A stretch of 64,000 nucleotides of DNA. Origin: an uncultured delta proteobacterium. GTDB taxonomy: Bacteria; Myxococcota; Myxococcia; Myxococcales; Anaeromyxobacteraceae. The stretch lies in assembly GCA_963845515.1 (NCBI GenBank), contig CAWJSR010000057.1:1-64000 (forward strand). Reading direction: 5' to 3'. Positions 1 through 14,542 of this stretch are shown in pieces (the stretch's first letter is position 1; each line of letters opens with the position of its first letter). The notes below the pieces were generated by a model. That model had not been told where the DNA came from. It did not search any database and saw nothing but the letters and a program-made list of their open reading frames with translations. The translations under genes were made by a program, and so were the position numbers.

Positions 1-2401
1 CTTCAGGTCCACCCGGGCGATCTCGAAGCCGTCCTGGGTGCGGACCATCGCCTCCAGCCGCTCGCGGGCGTCGTCCCCTGCCCGCTTGAAGTGGGCCAGG
101 AGGAGGCAGTGGCTCTGGACGGCGCCGCGCCCGACCCGCCCCCGCAGCTGGTGGAGCTGCGAGAGGCCGAAGCGCTCGGCGTGCTCCACGATCATGACGG
201 TGGCGTTCGGGACGTCGACGCCGACCTCGATGACGGTGGTCGCGACGAGGACGCGGATGCCGCCGGCGCGGAACCTGTCCATGACCGCCTGCTTCTCCTC
301 CGCCTTGAGCTGGCCGTGGAGGAGCCCGACCTCGTGGCCGTCGAAGACCTTGCGCAGGGCCTCGGCGCCGCTCGGTCGCGTCGGCGAGATCGCTCTTCTC
401 CGACTCCGCGACCAGCGGGTAGACCACGTAGGCCTGCCGCCCCGCGTCCAGCTCCTTCCTCGCGAGCGCGTATGCCGCCTTGCGCTGGGAGTCGCCGAAG
501 ACGCGGGTCGCGACCGGCGCGCGCCCGGGCGGCAGCTCGTCGATCTTGGACTGGTCGAGGTCGCCGTAGAAGGCGAGCGCGAGCGTCCGGGGGATCGGCG
601 TCGCCGTCATCACCAGCACGTCCAGGCGCCGCCCCTTCTTCGCCAGCGAGGCGCGCTGCTCGACGCCGAAGCGGTGCTGCTCGTCGACGACCGCGAGCCC
701 GAGCCGCTCGAAGGCGACGCCCTCCTCGAGCAGCGCGTGGGTGCCGATGGCGATCCGGGCGCGCCCGTCCGCGAGCGCCGCCCGCGCCTCCCGCTGCGGG
801 CGGCCGCGTGACTGCGCCCCCACGAACACCGCCTCCACGCCGCTCCCTTCGAGCCAGCGCCCGAAGGTGCGCGCGTGCTGCTCGGCGAGGATCTCGGTCG
901 GGACGAGCAGGGCTGCCTGCCAGCCCGAGCGGACGGCGAGCATCATCGCGGCGAAGGCGACGGCCGTCTTGCCGCTCCCCACGTCGCCCTGCAGCAGCCG
1001 GCTCATCGGCTCGGGGCGGGCCATGTCGCCGGCGATCTCGGCCAGCGCGCGCCGCTGCGCGCCGGTCAGCGCGAACGGGAGCGGCCGGATCGCCGCTGCG
1101 ACCGCAGCGGGCGAGGCGTCGAACGCGATCCCCGGCTCGCCGCGCACCCCCTGCCGGCGGCGCGCGAGCGCCAGCTGGAGGAAGAAGAGCTCCTCGAAGA
1201 CGAGCCGCCTGAAGCCCGGGGTGGCCCGCTCGGCCGCGAGCGCGAGGTCGGTCCCGGCCGCCGGGAAGTGGGCCTGCCTGAGCGCGTCGGCCCGCGAGAC
1301 GAGCCCCCGCCGCGCGCGCACCGGCGCGGGGAGCTCCTCCACGATCCACGGCGCGTACTCGTCGCAGAGCCGCTTCATCAGCCGGCGGAGCGAGGGGTGC
1401 TGCCAGTCGGCCGGTCCCGGGTAGACCGGGACGATCCTCCCGAAGTTCGCCGAGTCGCCGGCGGTCAGCTTCTCGATCTCCGGCTGCGTCAGCTGGCGGC
1501 GCCCCCCGAAGCCCTCGCTGACCTTTCCGGACGCGAGGAAGGTGTCGCCCGCCTTCAGCTCCTTCTGACGCCAGGGCGGCGCGTTGAAGAAGACCAGCTC
1601 GATGCCGCCGCTCGCGTCGGAGAGGCCGACCTTGAGGATCGGGCGGCCGTTCCTCATCCGCTGCGTGCGGACGTGGCGGACCGTGCCGACGACGATTGCC
1701 TCCTCGCCGAGCCTGACGTCGGACACCCGCTGGGCGCGCGTGCGGTCCTGCCAGCCCTTGGGCAGGAACTCCAGCGCCTCCTCCACCGTCCCCCTCCCTC
1801 GCTCCTCCAGCTGCGCGCGGGGCGCCGGGTGGGCGCGCGGGACCTCGGCCAGCGGCGTCGCGAGCCGCCGCCGCCGCTCGGCGCGCTCCGCCGCGTCGCG
1901 CGGCTCGGCCGGCGTCACGATGTGGCGCTCCTCGACGACGAGCTCGAGAGCCTCCTCGTCGGACGGCGCCGGCTGAGGCTGCGTAGCTGGCGGGGCGGCG
2001 CGGAGTGGCTCGGCCCGCGCCGACGGGTTGACGGCCGCGGGGCGCGGCGCTCCGGCAGGCGCAGCCGCCGACGCCGCCCGGGCGATCGCCTTCAGCTCGT
2101 CCGGAACGGGGATGAGCGCGGCGAGGTGGGCGGTGATGCGGGACAGCGCGCTGCGCCTGGCGGCGAGGTCGAGCTGGTCGAAGCCAGCCGCCTCTGCGGC
2201 GAGCCCGAGGAGCGCCGCGGAGTCAGGCGCGCCCGCGTCGCGGGCCCGCCTGACCGCAGCTCGAACCGTCTCCCCGAAACCGACCAGCCGCGGCAGGCCG
2301 GCGAAGCCGTCGCGCGACGCGAACCGGAGCGGCGGCACGAGCGCGCCCAGGGCGGCCGCAGGACCGTCCTCGGGGCCTGCGCCGTCGGTCGCTCTCCCCA
2401 T
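1..2401 (-). CDS. recG: ATP-dependent DNA helicase RecG (3'-partial; frameshift near 375)
   Basis: Minus-strand translation gives DEQHRFGVEQR, QAYVVYPLV, LHGQLK, VATTVIEVGVDVPNAT, AERFGLSQLHQLRGRVGRG and TQDGFEIARVDL. ATG at 2401; the gene runs off the window edge. Confidence 0.93.
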   Translation of the reverse strand, partial: MGRATDGAGPEDGPAAALGALVPPLRFASRDGFAGLPRLVGFGETVRAAVRRARDAGAPDSAALLGLAAEAAGFDQLDLAARRSALSRITAHLAALIPVPDELKAIARAASAAAPAGAPRPAAVNPSARAEPLRAAPPATQPQPAPSDEEALELVVEERHIVTPAEPRDAAERAERRRRLATPLAEVPRAHPAPRAQLEERGRGTVEEALEFLPKGWQDRTRAQRVSDVRLGEEAIVVGTVRHVRTQRMRNGRPILKVGLSDASGGIELVFFNAPPWRQKELKAGDTFLASGKVSEGFGGRRQLTQPEIEKLTAGDSANFGRIVPVYPGPADWQHPSLRRLMKRLCDEYAPWIVEELPAPVRARRGLVSRADALRQAHFPAAGTDLALAAERATPGFRRLVFEELFFLQLALARRRQGVRGEPGIAFDASPAAVAAAIRPLPFALTGAQRRALAEIAGDMARPEPMSRLLQGDVGSGKTAVAFAAMMLAVRSGWQAALLVPTEILAEQHARTFGRWLEGSGVEAVFVGAQSRGRPQREARAALADGRARIAIGTHALLEEGVAFERLGLAVVDEQHRFGVEQRASLAKKGRRLDVLVMTATPIPRTLALAFYGDLDQSKIDELPPGRAPVATRVFGDSQRKAAYALARKELDAGRQAYVVYPLVAESEKSDLADATERRRGPAQGLRRPRGRAPPRPAQGGGEAGGHGQVPRRRHPRPRRDHRHRGRRRRPERHRHDRGARRALRPLAAPPAAGAGRARRRPEPLPPPGPLQAGRGRRPRAAGGDGPHPGRLRDRPGGPE

Positions 2402-2445
2402 CCGGTTCCCGCTTGCGCCCCGTTCCACGGGGCGAGTCTACAGGG

Positions 2446-2952
2446 CTACTCCGACTGCTCGGACGGGAGCTCCTCCTCGAGGAACTCGACCGTGACGATC
2501 TCGTAGACCTTCTCGCCGCCCGGCGAGCGGACCGTGACCTCGTCCCCCTCGCTGCGCCCGATCATGGCGCGCGCGATCGGGGAGGTGACGCTGATCTTCC
2601 CCTCCTTGAGGTTCGCCTCCAGCTCACCGACGATCCGGTAACGGACCTTGTCGCCGCCGTCCACGTCGGCGAGCGTCACGGTCGCCCCGAAGACGACCTT
2701 GTCGCCCTGATGCCTGGAGACGTCGATCACCTCGGCGCTCGCGATCCAGTGCTCGACCTGGGCGATCCGCCCCTCCAGGTGGGACTGCTTCTCCTTGGCG
2801 GCGTGGAACTCGGCGTTCTCCGAGATGTCGCCGTGCGAGCGCGCCTCGGCGATGTCCTTCACGTTGTTGGGCCGGTCGACCGTCTTGAGCTTCTTCAGCT
2901 CCGCCTTGAGCCGGATGAGTCCACCCTTGGTCATCGGAACGCGCTGCGACAT
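2446..2952 (-). CDS. greA: Transcription elongation factor GreA
   Basis: MSQRVPMTKGG...EARSHGDISENAEFHAAKE...ISVTSPIARAMIG. Confidence 0.96.
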   Translation of the reverse strand: MSQRVPMTKGGLIRLKAELKKLKTVDRPNNVKDIAEARSHGDISENAEFHAAKEKQSHLEGRIAQVEHWIASAEVIDVSRHQGDKVVFGATVTLADVDGGDKVRYRIVGELEANLKEGKISVTSPIARAMIGRSEGDEVTVRSPGGEKVYEIVTVEFLEEELPSEQSE

Positions 2953-3048
2953 CGTCTCACCGCCTTGGAAAAAAACGGGCGGCCGTCCCGGGACCATCCC
3001 CGGGGCGGCCGCTGCCCACCGCATATATGGTGAACCGGAGGGCGCCTG

Positions 3049-6295
<3,247 letters not shown>

Positions 6296-6375
6296 GGGCG
6301 CGGAAACTAGCACAAGCCAGCGCCGGGGCGCACCCCCGCAGCAGCGCCGCCAGAACCGGGCCGAGTGCCTGAATT

Positions 6376-6825
6376 TCAGGCAGTCGGCCTGGCCGCCGCC
6401 TCCTTCTCCCTGGCCGCCTTCACCAACTCCAGGAGCTTCTTGAGCTTGGGGTAGCGCTCGGCCATCGCCGCCACCACGGGCGTGGGGAAGGAGACCACGA
6501 CGAGGTCCGTCCGGGCGACGAGCGCGGCCGGGAGCCCTCCCCCGAGGACGTGTGATTCCCCGTGGAAGGCGCCGCGCTCCAGCGTCGCGAGCTCGAAGGG
6601 CGTCTCGCCACGCGCGCTCCAGAGCGTGGCGCTCCCTTCATAAAGGAGCATGAACGCGTCGTCGCCCGTCGAGGAGACCACCTCGCCCGGCTCGAAGCTC
6701 TGGACGCGAGCGAGCTCCAGCAGGTCGTGGCGCGCGTCTGCATCGAGCGACTTGAAGAGGTGGCTCGACTCCACGAACGCCGTCGTGGCGAGGTCTCCGT
6801 GGACCTCACGAGGCTCGCTAGCCAT
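6376..6825 (-). CDS. Cyclic-nucleotide-binding domain protein
   Basis: HLFKSLD...FEPGEVV...[12 protein letters not shown] pattern of a cNMP-binding domain; start at MASEPREV. Confidence 0.7.
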   Translation of the reverse strand: MASEPREVHGDLATTAFVESSHLFKSLDADARHDLLELARVQSFEPGEVVSSTGDDAFMLLYEGSATLWSARGETPFELATLERGAFHGESHVLGGGLPAALVARTDLVVVSFPTPVVAAMAERYPKLKKLLELVKAAREKEAAARPTA

Positions 6826-6856
6826 GTCATGGAAGCTAGCATAAGCTCCCGCGCCC

Positions 6857-7531
6857 ATGTACCGATTCGCGGCCATCCTCGCACTGTCGGTCACCCAGGC
6901 GGAGCCGCCGGCACAGGTCCCCGCGAGTGCGCCGGCCGCGACGGTGAGGCCGGAGCCGGCCGCAGCATCCCCCATGCCGGCCGCTCCTCCCGACTCGGCG
7001 CCGACGCCCACCCCACCCGCACCGGCCGCTCCTCCTGCGGCGGCCGCTCCTCCCGCAGCGGCGCGAGCCACTCCGCCCGCCAGCACGGTTCAGCGCCCTG
7101 CGCCGCAGGATCGTCCCCGCCTCGTCGCTCCCGTCCAGCCGGCCTCCGAGCCTCGGTCGGAGCGCGACCAGGTGCTGGCCGCCGCGCTCGGCTTCGTCGA
7201 CGCCCTCCTGCGCGGCGACGCGGCAGCCCTCTCCGCGGCGTCGGCGCCCCGGTTCAGCTTCGACGGCGAGGTTGCGGAGGGACGCGAGCTCCAGGCCCGG
7301 CGGTGGCGGGAGATCTTCGCGACGAGAAACGCCTCGGGCGAGGCGCTGCGGGACCTGGTCCTGCTGCGGGCCGGCGAGGCCGCGGCGCAGCTTGGTGCCC
7401 CTCCGCCCCGGGTCGCAGGCCTACTGCAGCCCGGCGGGTGGATCGCCGTCGCGGACATCTCGAGCCGGCCCGTCGTCCTGTTCCTGACCCCCCAGGGAGG
7501 CCGCTTCGCGGTCGAAGGGATGCACGACTGA
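6857..7531 (+). CDS. Hypothetical exported protein with Pro/Ala-rich linker
   Basis: Signal-peptide-like N-terminus, PA-rich linker and a globular C-terminal domain. Confidence 0.65.
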   Translation: MYRFAAILALSVTQAEPPAQVPASAPAATVRPEPAAASPMPAAPPDSAPTPTPPAPAAPPAAAAPPAAARATPPASTVQRPAPQDRPRLVAPVQPASEPRSERDQVLAAALGFVDALLRGDAAALSAASAPRFSFDGEVAEGRELQARRWREIFATRNASGEALRDLVLLRAGEAAAQLGAPPPRVAGLLQPGGWIAVADISSRPVVLFLTPQGGRFAVEGMHD

Positions 7532-7532
7532 C

Positions 7533-8015
7533 CTAGCGGCCAAGCTTCTTTCGAAGCCCCTCCTGCACGTTCCTGGGGACGAAGCTGGAGACGTCGCCGC
7601 CGAAGGTCGCGACCTCGCGGACGAGCCTCGCCGAGACGAAGAAGTAGTCCTCGCCGGTCATGACGAAGACCGTCTCCATCTCGGGCATGAGCTGCCGGTT
7701 CATGTTGGCGATCTGGAACTCGTAGTCGAAGTCCGAGACTGCCCGGAGCCCGCGCAGGATGGTGGAGATCCCCTTGGCGCGCGCGTAGTGGGTGAGGAGG
7801 CCGTCGAAGCTGTCGACCTCGATCCGGGGATCGTGGCCGAACGCCTCGTCGATGAGCTGCTTCCGCTCTTCGACACCGAAGAGCGGGCTCTTCTGGGGGT
7901 TGTTGGCGACCGCTACGACGAGGTTGTCGAAGAGCTTCAGCCCTCGCTGGATGATCGCGACGTGGCCGTTGGTCAGCGGGTCGAATGACCCGGGATATAT
8001 GGCGAATCTGGACAT
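7533..8015 (-). CDS. coaD: Pantetheine-phosphate adenylyltransferase
   Basis: [18 protein letters not shown]...[16 protein letters not shown]. Confidence 0.96.
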   Translation of the reverse strand: MSRFAIYPGSFDPLTNGHVAIIQRGLKLFDNLVVAVANNPQKSPLFGVEERKQLIDEAFGHDPRIEVDSFDGLLTHYARAKGISTILRGLRAVSDFDYEFQIANMNRQLMPEMETVFVMTGEDYFFVSARLVREVATFGGDVSSFVPRNVQEGLRKKLGR

Positions 8016-8032
8016 GGGCGGTGCAACATAGC

Positions 8033-8572
8033 TCACCCACGAACGTAGATCGAGACTCCGGTATCGCCGTAGCCGCGCCGATCCACGAGGCTCAGCGCGC
8101 CGTACGCGTCGCCCGGCGGGCGGCGCGCGTCGTGCTCCGCGACCACGCGACCGCCGTCGCGCACCACCCGCTCCACGGCGGCCAGCGCGGCCTCGGGTCC
8201 CTCGGCGTAGGGCGGGTCGATGAAGACCAGGGCGAACGTGCCGGCCTGGAGCCGCGCGAGCGCCTCGTCGACCCGCGCACGCAGGACCTCGACCCGTACG
8301 CCGCAGCCGCAGGCCTCCGCGTTGCGCCGGATCACCTCGACCGCGCCCCGGTCCGCCTCGACGCAGACCGCCCGCTCGCACCCGCGCGAGAGCGCCTCGA
8401 GCGCCAGGGCGCCGGTCCCGGCGTAGAGGTCGAGCACCGCCCCGCCTTCGAAGAACTGGCCCAGCAGGTTGAAGATCGCCCCGCGCACCTTGTCGCTCGT
8501 GGGGCGGGTGGCCAGCCCCCTGGGCGCCGCGAGCCTCCGCCCGCGCGCCGCGCCCGCGATGATCCGCGTCAT
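8033..8572 (-). CDS. rsmD: 16S rRNA m2G966 methyltransferase RsmD
   Basis: [14 protein letters not shown]...TRPTSDKVR...[19 protein letters not shown]...FIDPPY; typical position upstream of coaD. Confidence 0.93.
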   Translation of the reverse strand: MTRIIAGAARGRRLAAPRGLATRPTSDKVRGAIFNLLGQFFEGGAVLDLYAGTGALALEALSRGCERAVCVEADRGAVEVIRRNAEACGCGVRVEVLRARVDEALARLQAGTFALVFIDPPYAEGPEAALAAVERVVRDGGRVVAEHDARRPPGDAYGALSLVDRRGYGDTGVSIYVRG

Positions 8573-9544
8573 CGCTCGTCCAGCATCCGCTCGAGCGCCG
8601 CTTCCAGCGCGATCGCGCTGCCCACCATCCCGAGCCCTTCGATGAGGGCCGACACCTCGACGTACGCCCGCGCCTCCAGCCGATCCGCGGCGTCCCGGGA
8701 GAGCTCCTCGGCAGCGAGCGCGAGCGCTGGCGTCCGCGACTCGCCCTCCCGCTGCTGCTCGAGCTTCTCCCACGGGATGACGGCGATCCCCGCGATCGCC
8801 GCCGCGCCACCGTCCTCGCAGCCGCGGACCGGGGAGCGCGCGAGCGCCTCCAGCAGGCGCGGGCGTCACGGGCCCCCTGCGAATCACCGGGATCCCCGAC
8901 AGCTCCGCGCAGAGCCTGACGAGCCGCACGACCTGCGCGCGCGCGTCGTTCGCCGCGCCGGCCGCCTCGCACCGTACGCTCACCACGTCAGGCGCGGCCC
9001 CCTGCCGCTCCAGCTCGGCGACGAGCCCCCTGGGGGAGTCCTCGAGCGCCACCAGGCAGTCCACGCAAGCTCCCCGCTCTGCCGCCGGCGCCGCCACCGC
9101 CGCGAAGACGCGCGCACGCTCGTTGGCCGGGACGCCGCGGACGTCGACCGCGAGGTGGGTGATCCCGGCGTCGACGAGCCTGAAGGCCTCCCGCTCCGCC
9201 CGCTCGACGTCGGCCGCCCTCGCGCCCTCCACGGTCACCTCGGCCGAGAGGAAGATCGGCAGCCCTCCGGCCACCTCGTCCGCCGCTTCGGTCACCGCCT
9301 GGAACCACGGCTCCGGCGGCGTCCCGGGGGGCAGCGCGAGCCCGATGGCGGAGTCGGCCTGCCTCGCCGCGACCAGGGCGGCGCGGGCGACTCCGGCGAT
9401 CGGAGCCCGCACGATGGGGAGCACGCTGCTGTCCGGGAGGGCCGCGCGCAGCAGCTCGCGCAGGGAGAGCGGGCAAGCCTCGTTGCGCGGCGACAGCCGA
9501 TCGATGACCACGGCCGTGCGGAACGCGAGGATCTTCGGGCCCAC
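8569..9544 (-). CDS. Hypothetical protein, weakly class-II aldolase-like (frameshift near 8860)
   Basis: N-terminal part is in ORF 8033..9544. The C-terminus continues in another frame ([17 protein letters not shown]...LERMLDER*) and its TGA overlaps the rsmD ATG. Confidence 0.55.
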
Positions 9545-9574
9545 GGGACTCCTATACCACGTCGATTCGGGAGA

Positions 9575-10573
9575 TCAGTGGTCGTGCCGTTCGTTGGCGT
9601 GGCGGTAGCCGGCGGTCTCGATCTGGATCGTCGCGTGGTCGATGGCGAAGCGCTCCCTGAGGATCCGCTTCACCTCGTCCAGGATCTCGTCGTTGCGCCC
9701 GACGTCCACGCCGTCGACCACGACGTGCGCCGAGAGGGCGTAGAGGCCGCTGGCGATGGTCCAGATGTGGAGATCGTGCACCGCGCAGACCCCCTTCGCC
9801 ACCTGCATCGCGCCGCTGACGGCGCCCACGTCGAGGTGGGCCGGCACCGACTCCATGAGGATGTGGGTGATCTCCAGCGCGAGCCGCGAGGCGCCCACCA
9901 GGATGAGCAGCACGATGAGGAGCGAGAGGGCCGAGTCCACCCATCCGAGGGACGGCTGGATCGCCATGACCCCGGCCGCGACCAGCACGGCGACTGACGA
10001 GACGGCGTCGGAGAGGACGTGCATGAACGCCGCCCGCGCGTTGACGCCGTGCTCCTCGTGCAGCCAGTAGAGGATGGCCAGGTTCCCGGCGAGCCCGATC
10101 ACGCCGACCCCGGCCATCACGGGGACGTTGATGTGGCCTCGGGGTGACCCGAGCCGCTCGATCGCCTCCCAGGCGATCCAGACCGCGAGCCCGAGGAGCA
10201 GCGCGACGTTCAGTTGGGCGCCCAGGACCTCGGCCCGCCGGTACCCGTAGGTGCGCCGGTCGTCGGCCGGGCGGCTGGCCAGGATCGCGGCCACGAGCGC
10301 CATCGCGAGCGCGCCGGTGTCGGTGAGCATGTGGCCGGCGTCGGACAGGAGGGCGAGCGAGCCGGAGATCCAGCCGCCGACCGCCTCCGCAACCATGATG
10401 CCGCCCGTGCAGACCAGGGAGAGGGCCAGCCTCCGCCTGCTCAGCCGGGCCAACGTGGCGCGATCCTCCCGGCGCTCCGCGCCACCGTCGTCCCCGTGTC
10501 CACCACCCCGGAGACCGCGATCGTGATGGTGACCTCGATCGTGGCCGTGGTGATGATGATGCCCGTCGCCCAC
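9575..10573 (-). CDS. Cation diffusion facilitator (CzcD/ZitB-like) metal efflux transporter
   Basis: His-rich N-terminus, SLALLSDAGHMLTD, HVLSD, VHDLHIWT and HATIQIE motifs. Confidence 0.92.
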   Translation of the reverse strand: MGDGHHHHHGHDRGHHHDRGLRGGGHGDDGGAERREDRATLARLSRRRLALSLVCTGGIMVAEAVGGWISGSLALLSDAGHMLTDTGALAMALVAAILASRPADDRRTYGYRRAEVLGAQLNVALLLGLAVWIAWEAIERLGSPRGHINVPVMAGVGVIGLAGNLAILYWLHEEHGVNARAAFMHVLSDAVSSVAVLVAAGVMAIQPSLGWVDSALSLLIVLLILVGASRLALEITHILMESVPAHLDVGAVSGAMQVAKGVCAVHDLHIWTIASGLYALSAHVVVDGVDVGRNDEILDEVKRILRERFAIDHATIQIETAGYRHANERHDH

Positions 10574-10626
10574 GCTCGCCTCCGTCCTTGCCCCCAGAGC
10601 ATATCCGACGGGGTAGGATCGCGCCC

Positions 10627-13582
10627 GTGCGTCAACTCCTCCTCGCCGCCGCCCTCCTGCTCCCCGTCGCCGTCGCCGGCCAGCCGTACGATCCGTCGTT
10701 CCGCTGGTGGACCCTCGACACCGAGCACTTCCAGGTCCACTTCCACCAGGGAGAGGAGGCGCTGGCCCAGCGCGTCGCCCGCGCTGCCGAGAAGGCACAC
10801 GCGAGGCTCACGCCGATCCTGCGGTTCGCGCCCTCCGAGCGGACCCAGATCGTCCTCTCGGACGACCAGGACTCGGCCAACGGGATGGCCACCCCCGTCC
10901 TCTACGACACGATACGGCTCTTCGCGGTGCCGCCGTCCGGCCGATCCGAGCTGAACGACTACCGCGACTGGGTCCAGTCGCTCGTCGACCACGAGTACGT
11001 CCACATCCTCCAGCTCGACTCGGTCCGTGGCGTCCCTGCCGCCTTCAACGAGGTCTTCGGGAAGTTCTTCTGGTTCCCCAACGCCCTCCTCCCTCCCTGG
11101 ATGATCGAGGGGCTCGCGGTCCTCCACGAGTCTGGGGGTGATCCCGGCGCCGGCCGCAACTCGAACGCCCTCTACGACATGTATGCGCGAGCCCTGGTCC
11201 TCGAGCCGCCGGGCTTCCCATCGCTCAACCTGGCGACGCACCCATCCCTGGACTGGCCGACCGGCGACGTCCCGTACCTGCTCGGCGGGAAGATGATGGA
11301 GCTGCTGCAGCGCCGCTACGGCGACGCGGCGATCGCCGACTTCGTCTACGAGCAGTCCTTCCAGCTCTGGCCGTGGGCCCCGGGCATCATGGCGCGGCGC
11401 GCCTTCCGGAAGAACCTCTCCGAGCTCGTGGGGGGACCTGCGCGGCGAGCTGGCGGCCCGCTACGGCCGTCAGCTCGACGAGGTCCGGCTCGACGCCCGG
11501 TCACCGTCGCGAGGCCGGCTCACCCGGCGCGGCGGCCAGGTGGAGAACCCGCGCTGGTCGCCGGACGGAGCCTTCGTGGCCTGGCTCGACCAGTCGCTCG
11601 ACGAGCGCGGCCGGCCTCCGGCGCGCGACGCCGGACGGCACCGACCTCGGCCTCGCGCTGCCCGTCGACGCCACCGGCGCCTTCGCGCTCCGGTCCCGGA
11701 CCGAGGCGCTCGTGTCGATCGGAGAGGTCCAGGGGTTCCGCTACGTCGAGGACCTCTGGAGCGTCGATCTCGCCACCGGGCGATCGGCGCCGACTCACCG
11801 ACGGCGAGCGGGCGACGGATCCCGACGTGCGCGCCAGGCGGCGACGTCGTCGTCTACGTCGCCCGGACCGGCGACGGCGAGCTGGCGCTGCGTCGCCGAC
11901 GCCTCTCGTTCGCGCCGACCGCTCGCTCTTCGGCGAGCGGAGGCGCGTCGAGGTCGGGTCGTTCGAGACGCTGGTCTCGCGCCCCGGGGCCCAGCTCTAC
12001 TCGCCTCGCCTCTCGCCGGACGGCACCCGCGTCGCCTTCGAGCTGCACGAGGGTGGACGGCGCGATCTCGCGCTCTTCGCCGACGGGAAGGTCACCCGGC
12101 TCACCGACGACGACGCCCTCGACCTCGACCCCGCGTGGTCGCCCGACGGGAGCCGGCTCTACTTCGCCTCCGACCGGGGCGGCATCTTCAACGTCTACGC
12201 CCGCCTGGAGGACGGCACGATCCGCCAGGTGACCAACGTCGAGACCGGCGCGCTCGAGCCGGAGCCCTCACCAGACGGGAAGACCCTCGCGTTCGTCGGC
12301 TACGGGAGGGCCGGCTACGATCTGGCGTCCATCCCGCTCGACCCGGGCACCTGGCTCGACCCCCTCCCCGCTCCTCCTGCGCCGCTGCTGGAGCCCGCAG
12401 CGGCGGCGCCGCCGATCCCGGCGCGCACGTACTCTCCGCTGGCCACCCTCCGCCCCCACTGGTGGTTTCCGTTCTTCGGGACCGACGCGATGGGATCGAC
12501 GTGGGGGCTCACGACCAGCGGCGCGGACGTGCTCGGGCGCCACTCGTGGAGCCTGCAGGGCTGGTACGCGCAGGAGTCGAAGGGGATCGGGTACTTCGCC
12601 GGCTATCAGGGCGGCTGGTCCTGGCCCTTCCTCGACGCGTGGTCGTCGCGCGACGTGACCACCACGCCCGGCCTTCCGTCGCGGCTACGAGGAGGAGTGG
12701 ACGCCGCTGGCCCCCGGCGCGACCTTCACCCGGGCAAAGGTCACGAGCTTCCTCTCAGCTCGCCTCGGCTGGATGGGGACCAACTTCCGCTCGGTCGATC
12801 CGGCGCCGGAGTCGACCCTCGCCCCGTCCTTCCTCGCGTTCCGCGACGGCTTCCTGTCGGCCGCGACGCTGACCGTCGCCTGGAGCAACGCGAGACGCTA
12901 CGTCCGCTCCGTCTCGCGCGAGGAAGGGATGCTCGCGCTGGCCGACCTCCAGCTGGCCGATCCCGCCCTGGGGAGCGACTACTCGACGGCGCGGGCGCGC
13001 GGCGTGGTCGGCGGCTTCCTCCGCGTCCCCTGGACGCGCCACGTCGTCCTCGGCGGCCGACTGGCCGGCGGCGTCGCCCACGGCTCGCTCGGCGGCAGGG
13101 CGCCGTACCGTCTGGGTGGGCTGGCGCTCGACGAGGTGGGCGGTGCCACGACGACCGCCTTCGCGCTGGGCGGGACCGACTCGCTGCGCGGATACCGCAC
13201 CGGCGAGCTGCAGGGGAACGGCTTCGTCCTCGCCAACGCCGAGCTGCGCTTCCCCCTGTTCCGCCCGGAGCTCGGCCATACGACCTGGCCGGTCTTCCTG
13301 CGCCGCGTGCACGGGGCCCTCTTCCTCGACGCCGGGGACGCCTTCCAGGTGGGCGACTCGCCCCAGACCGGCGCGCACACGCTCGCGCTAGACACGCTCC
13401 AGTTCGGCGCCGGCGGCGAGCTACGGCTGGAGCTGTTCCTCGGCTACTCGCTGCCGATCGAGCTTCGGCTGGGCGTCGCGCAGGGGCTCGGGCGGCTCCT
13501 GGCCGGCTGGCAGGGAGGCAGCCCCCCCTCCGACCCGCGCACCACGACGCAGCTCTACGTGACGGCAGGGCCCTCCTTCTAG
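10627..13582 (+). CDS. Surface protein: peptidase-like N-terminal domain, TolB/PD40 beta-propeller and BamA/TamA-type barrel (several frameshifts)
   Basis: Signal peptide, WWTLDTEHFQVHF, HEYVH, WMIEGLA, repeated P-x-WSPDG units, and a C-terminal LRGY...NAELRFPL...GAGGELR ending in F. Confidence 0.8.
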
Positions 13583-13645
13583 ACCGGGCCGGGCCACAGT
13601 CCACTTGCGGGACGCGTGCGGCGATGCTAGATACGGCGCCGTTTC

Positions 13646-13721
<76 letters not shown>

Positions 13722-13747
13722 GTTTCCCTAATATATCCGTTAGCTTC

Positions 13748-13782
13748 GCGGGGCCTCTCCTGACACACGGGGGAGGCCCCGC
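13748..13782 (+). terminator. Stem-loop downstream of tRNA-Thr
   Basis: gcggggcctctcc...ggggaggccccgc inverted repeat. Confidence 0.5.
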
Positions 13783-13853
13783 TGGTCTTCTCCCGCTCTG
13801 GAGCGCGGTTTCGGGGGTGAAGGCCATTGCGGTCAGGGACTCGTTGGAGCCGT

Positions 13854-14375
13854 CTAGCGGTACGGAAGATCATACCCGGCGGCGCGCAGGATCTTCTCGT
13901 AGTGGGTGAGCACATCATCAAGGCGTTCGATCACGGCGCCAAGGTCAGATGCGGCGGAGACACCGTTCCCAGCCTTCATCAAGTCGGCCGCCTCTGCGAT
14001 GTCACCGCGCAGAATGCGCAGCGTGTCACCCTGGATGACCACGCCCGGGAACTGTCGCCCGGGCATCTTCACCACGCTCTGGTTTGACGTTGTGTCGAGG
14101 ATGAACGCGCCCCCTTCGCTCGGTTGAAGCTCTTGAAGGCGGAAGACTTCCTCCACCAGCAGCGGGACGTCCTGCCGGGCGCTGGCGATGAAGTCGTAGT
14201 CGGCGTCCGTGGCGCCGGTCAGCTCGATGTCATCGCGCCGGTCAGGCCCCTCGCCGACCATTATGAAGCTGCTGCCGCACTGGTGCTCTCGGCCCTCCAC
14301 CAGCGGTTTCCACGGTCCCGGCGAAGCAGCGTCAGCCCGGGCACGGATCTCCTGCAGCCGCTTCTCGTCGACCAT
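13854..14375 (-). CDS. Two-domain hypothetical protein with a DUF6959-like C-terminus
   Basis: N-terminal IRARADAASPGPW...DFIASARQDVPLLVEEV; C-terminal VVKMPGRQFPGVVIQGDTL...HYEKIL...LPY; GGAG RBS upstream. Confidence 0.7.
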   Translation of the reverse strand: MVDEKRLQEIRARADAASPGPWKPLVEGREHQCGSSFIMVGEGPDRRDDIELTGATDADYDFIASARQDVPLLVEEVFRLQELQPSEGGAFILDTTSNQSVVKMPGRQFPGVVIQGDTLRILRGDIAEAADLMKAGNGVSAASDLGAVIERLDDVLTHYEKILRAAGYDLPYR

Positions 14376-14542
14376 CGCGTTCTCCTGCCCCTTCAGCCAA
14401 GCGGCAACAAACCGCTGCCGGCAATTGGGCGGGCGCTACCTACAACCGCGCCCTCCACCCGGACAACCACGCATTTCGCACGGGAGCCGGTTTCGGCGCA
14501 GGAGAGGCGATCTCGTCCTCGCCGGGAAGCCTGACGACGTTC

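Noticed and set aside
8033..9544. Apparent 503-aa fusion of a hypothetical protein with RsmD
   Set aside because: Explained by a frameshift near 8860; the alternative frame ends in a TGA overlapping the rsmD ATG.
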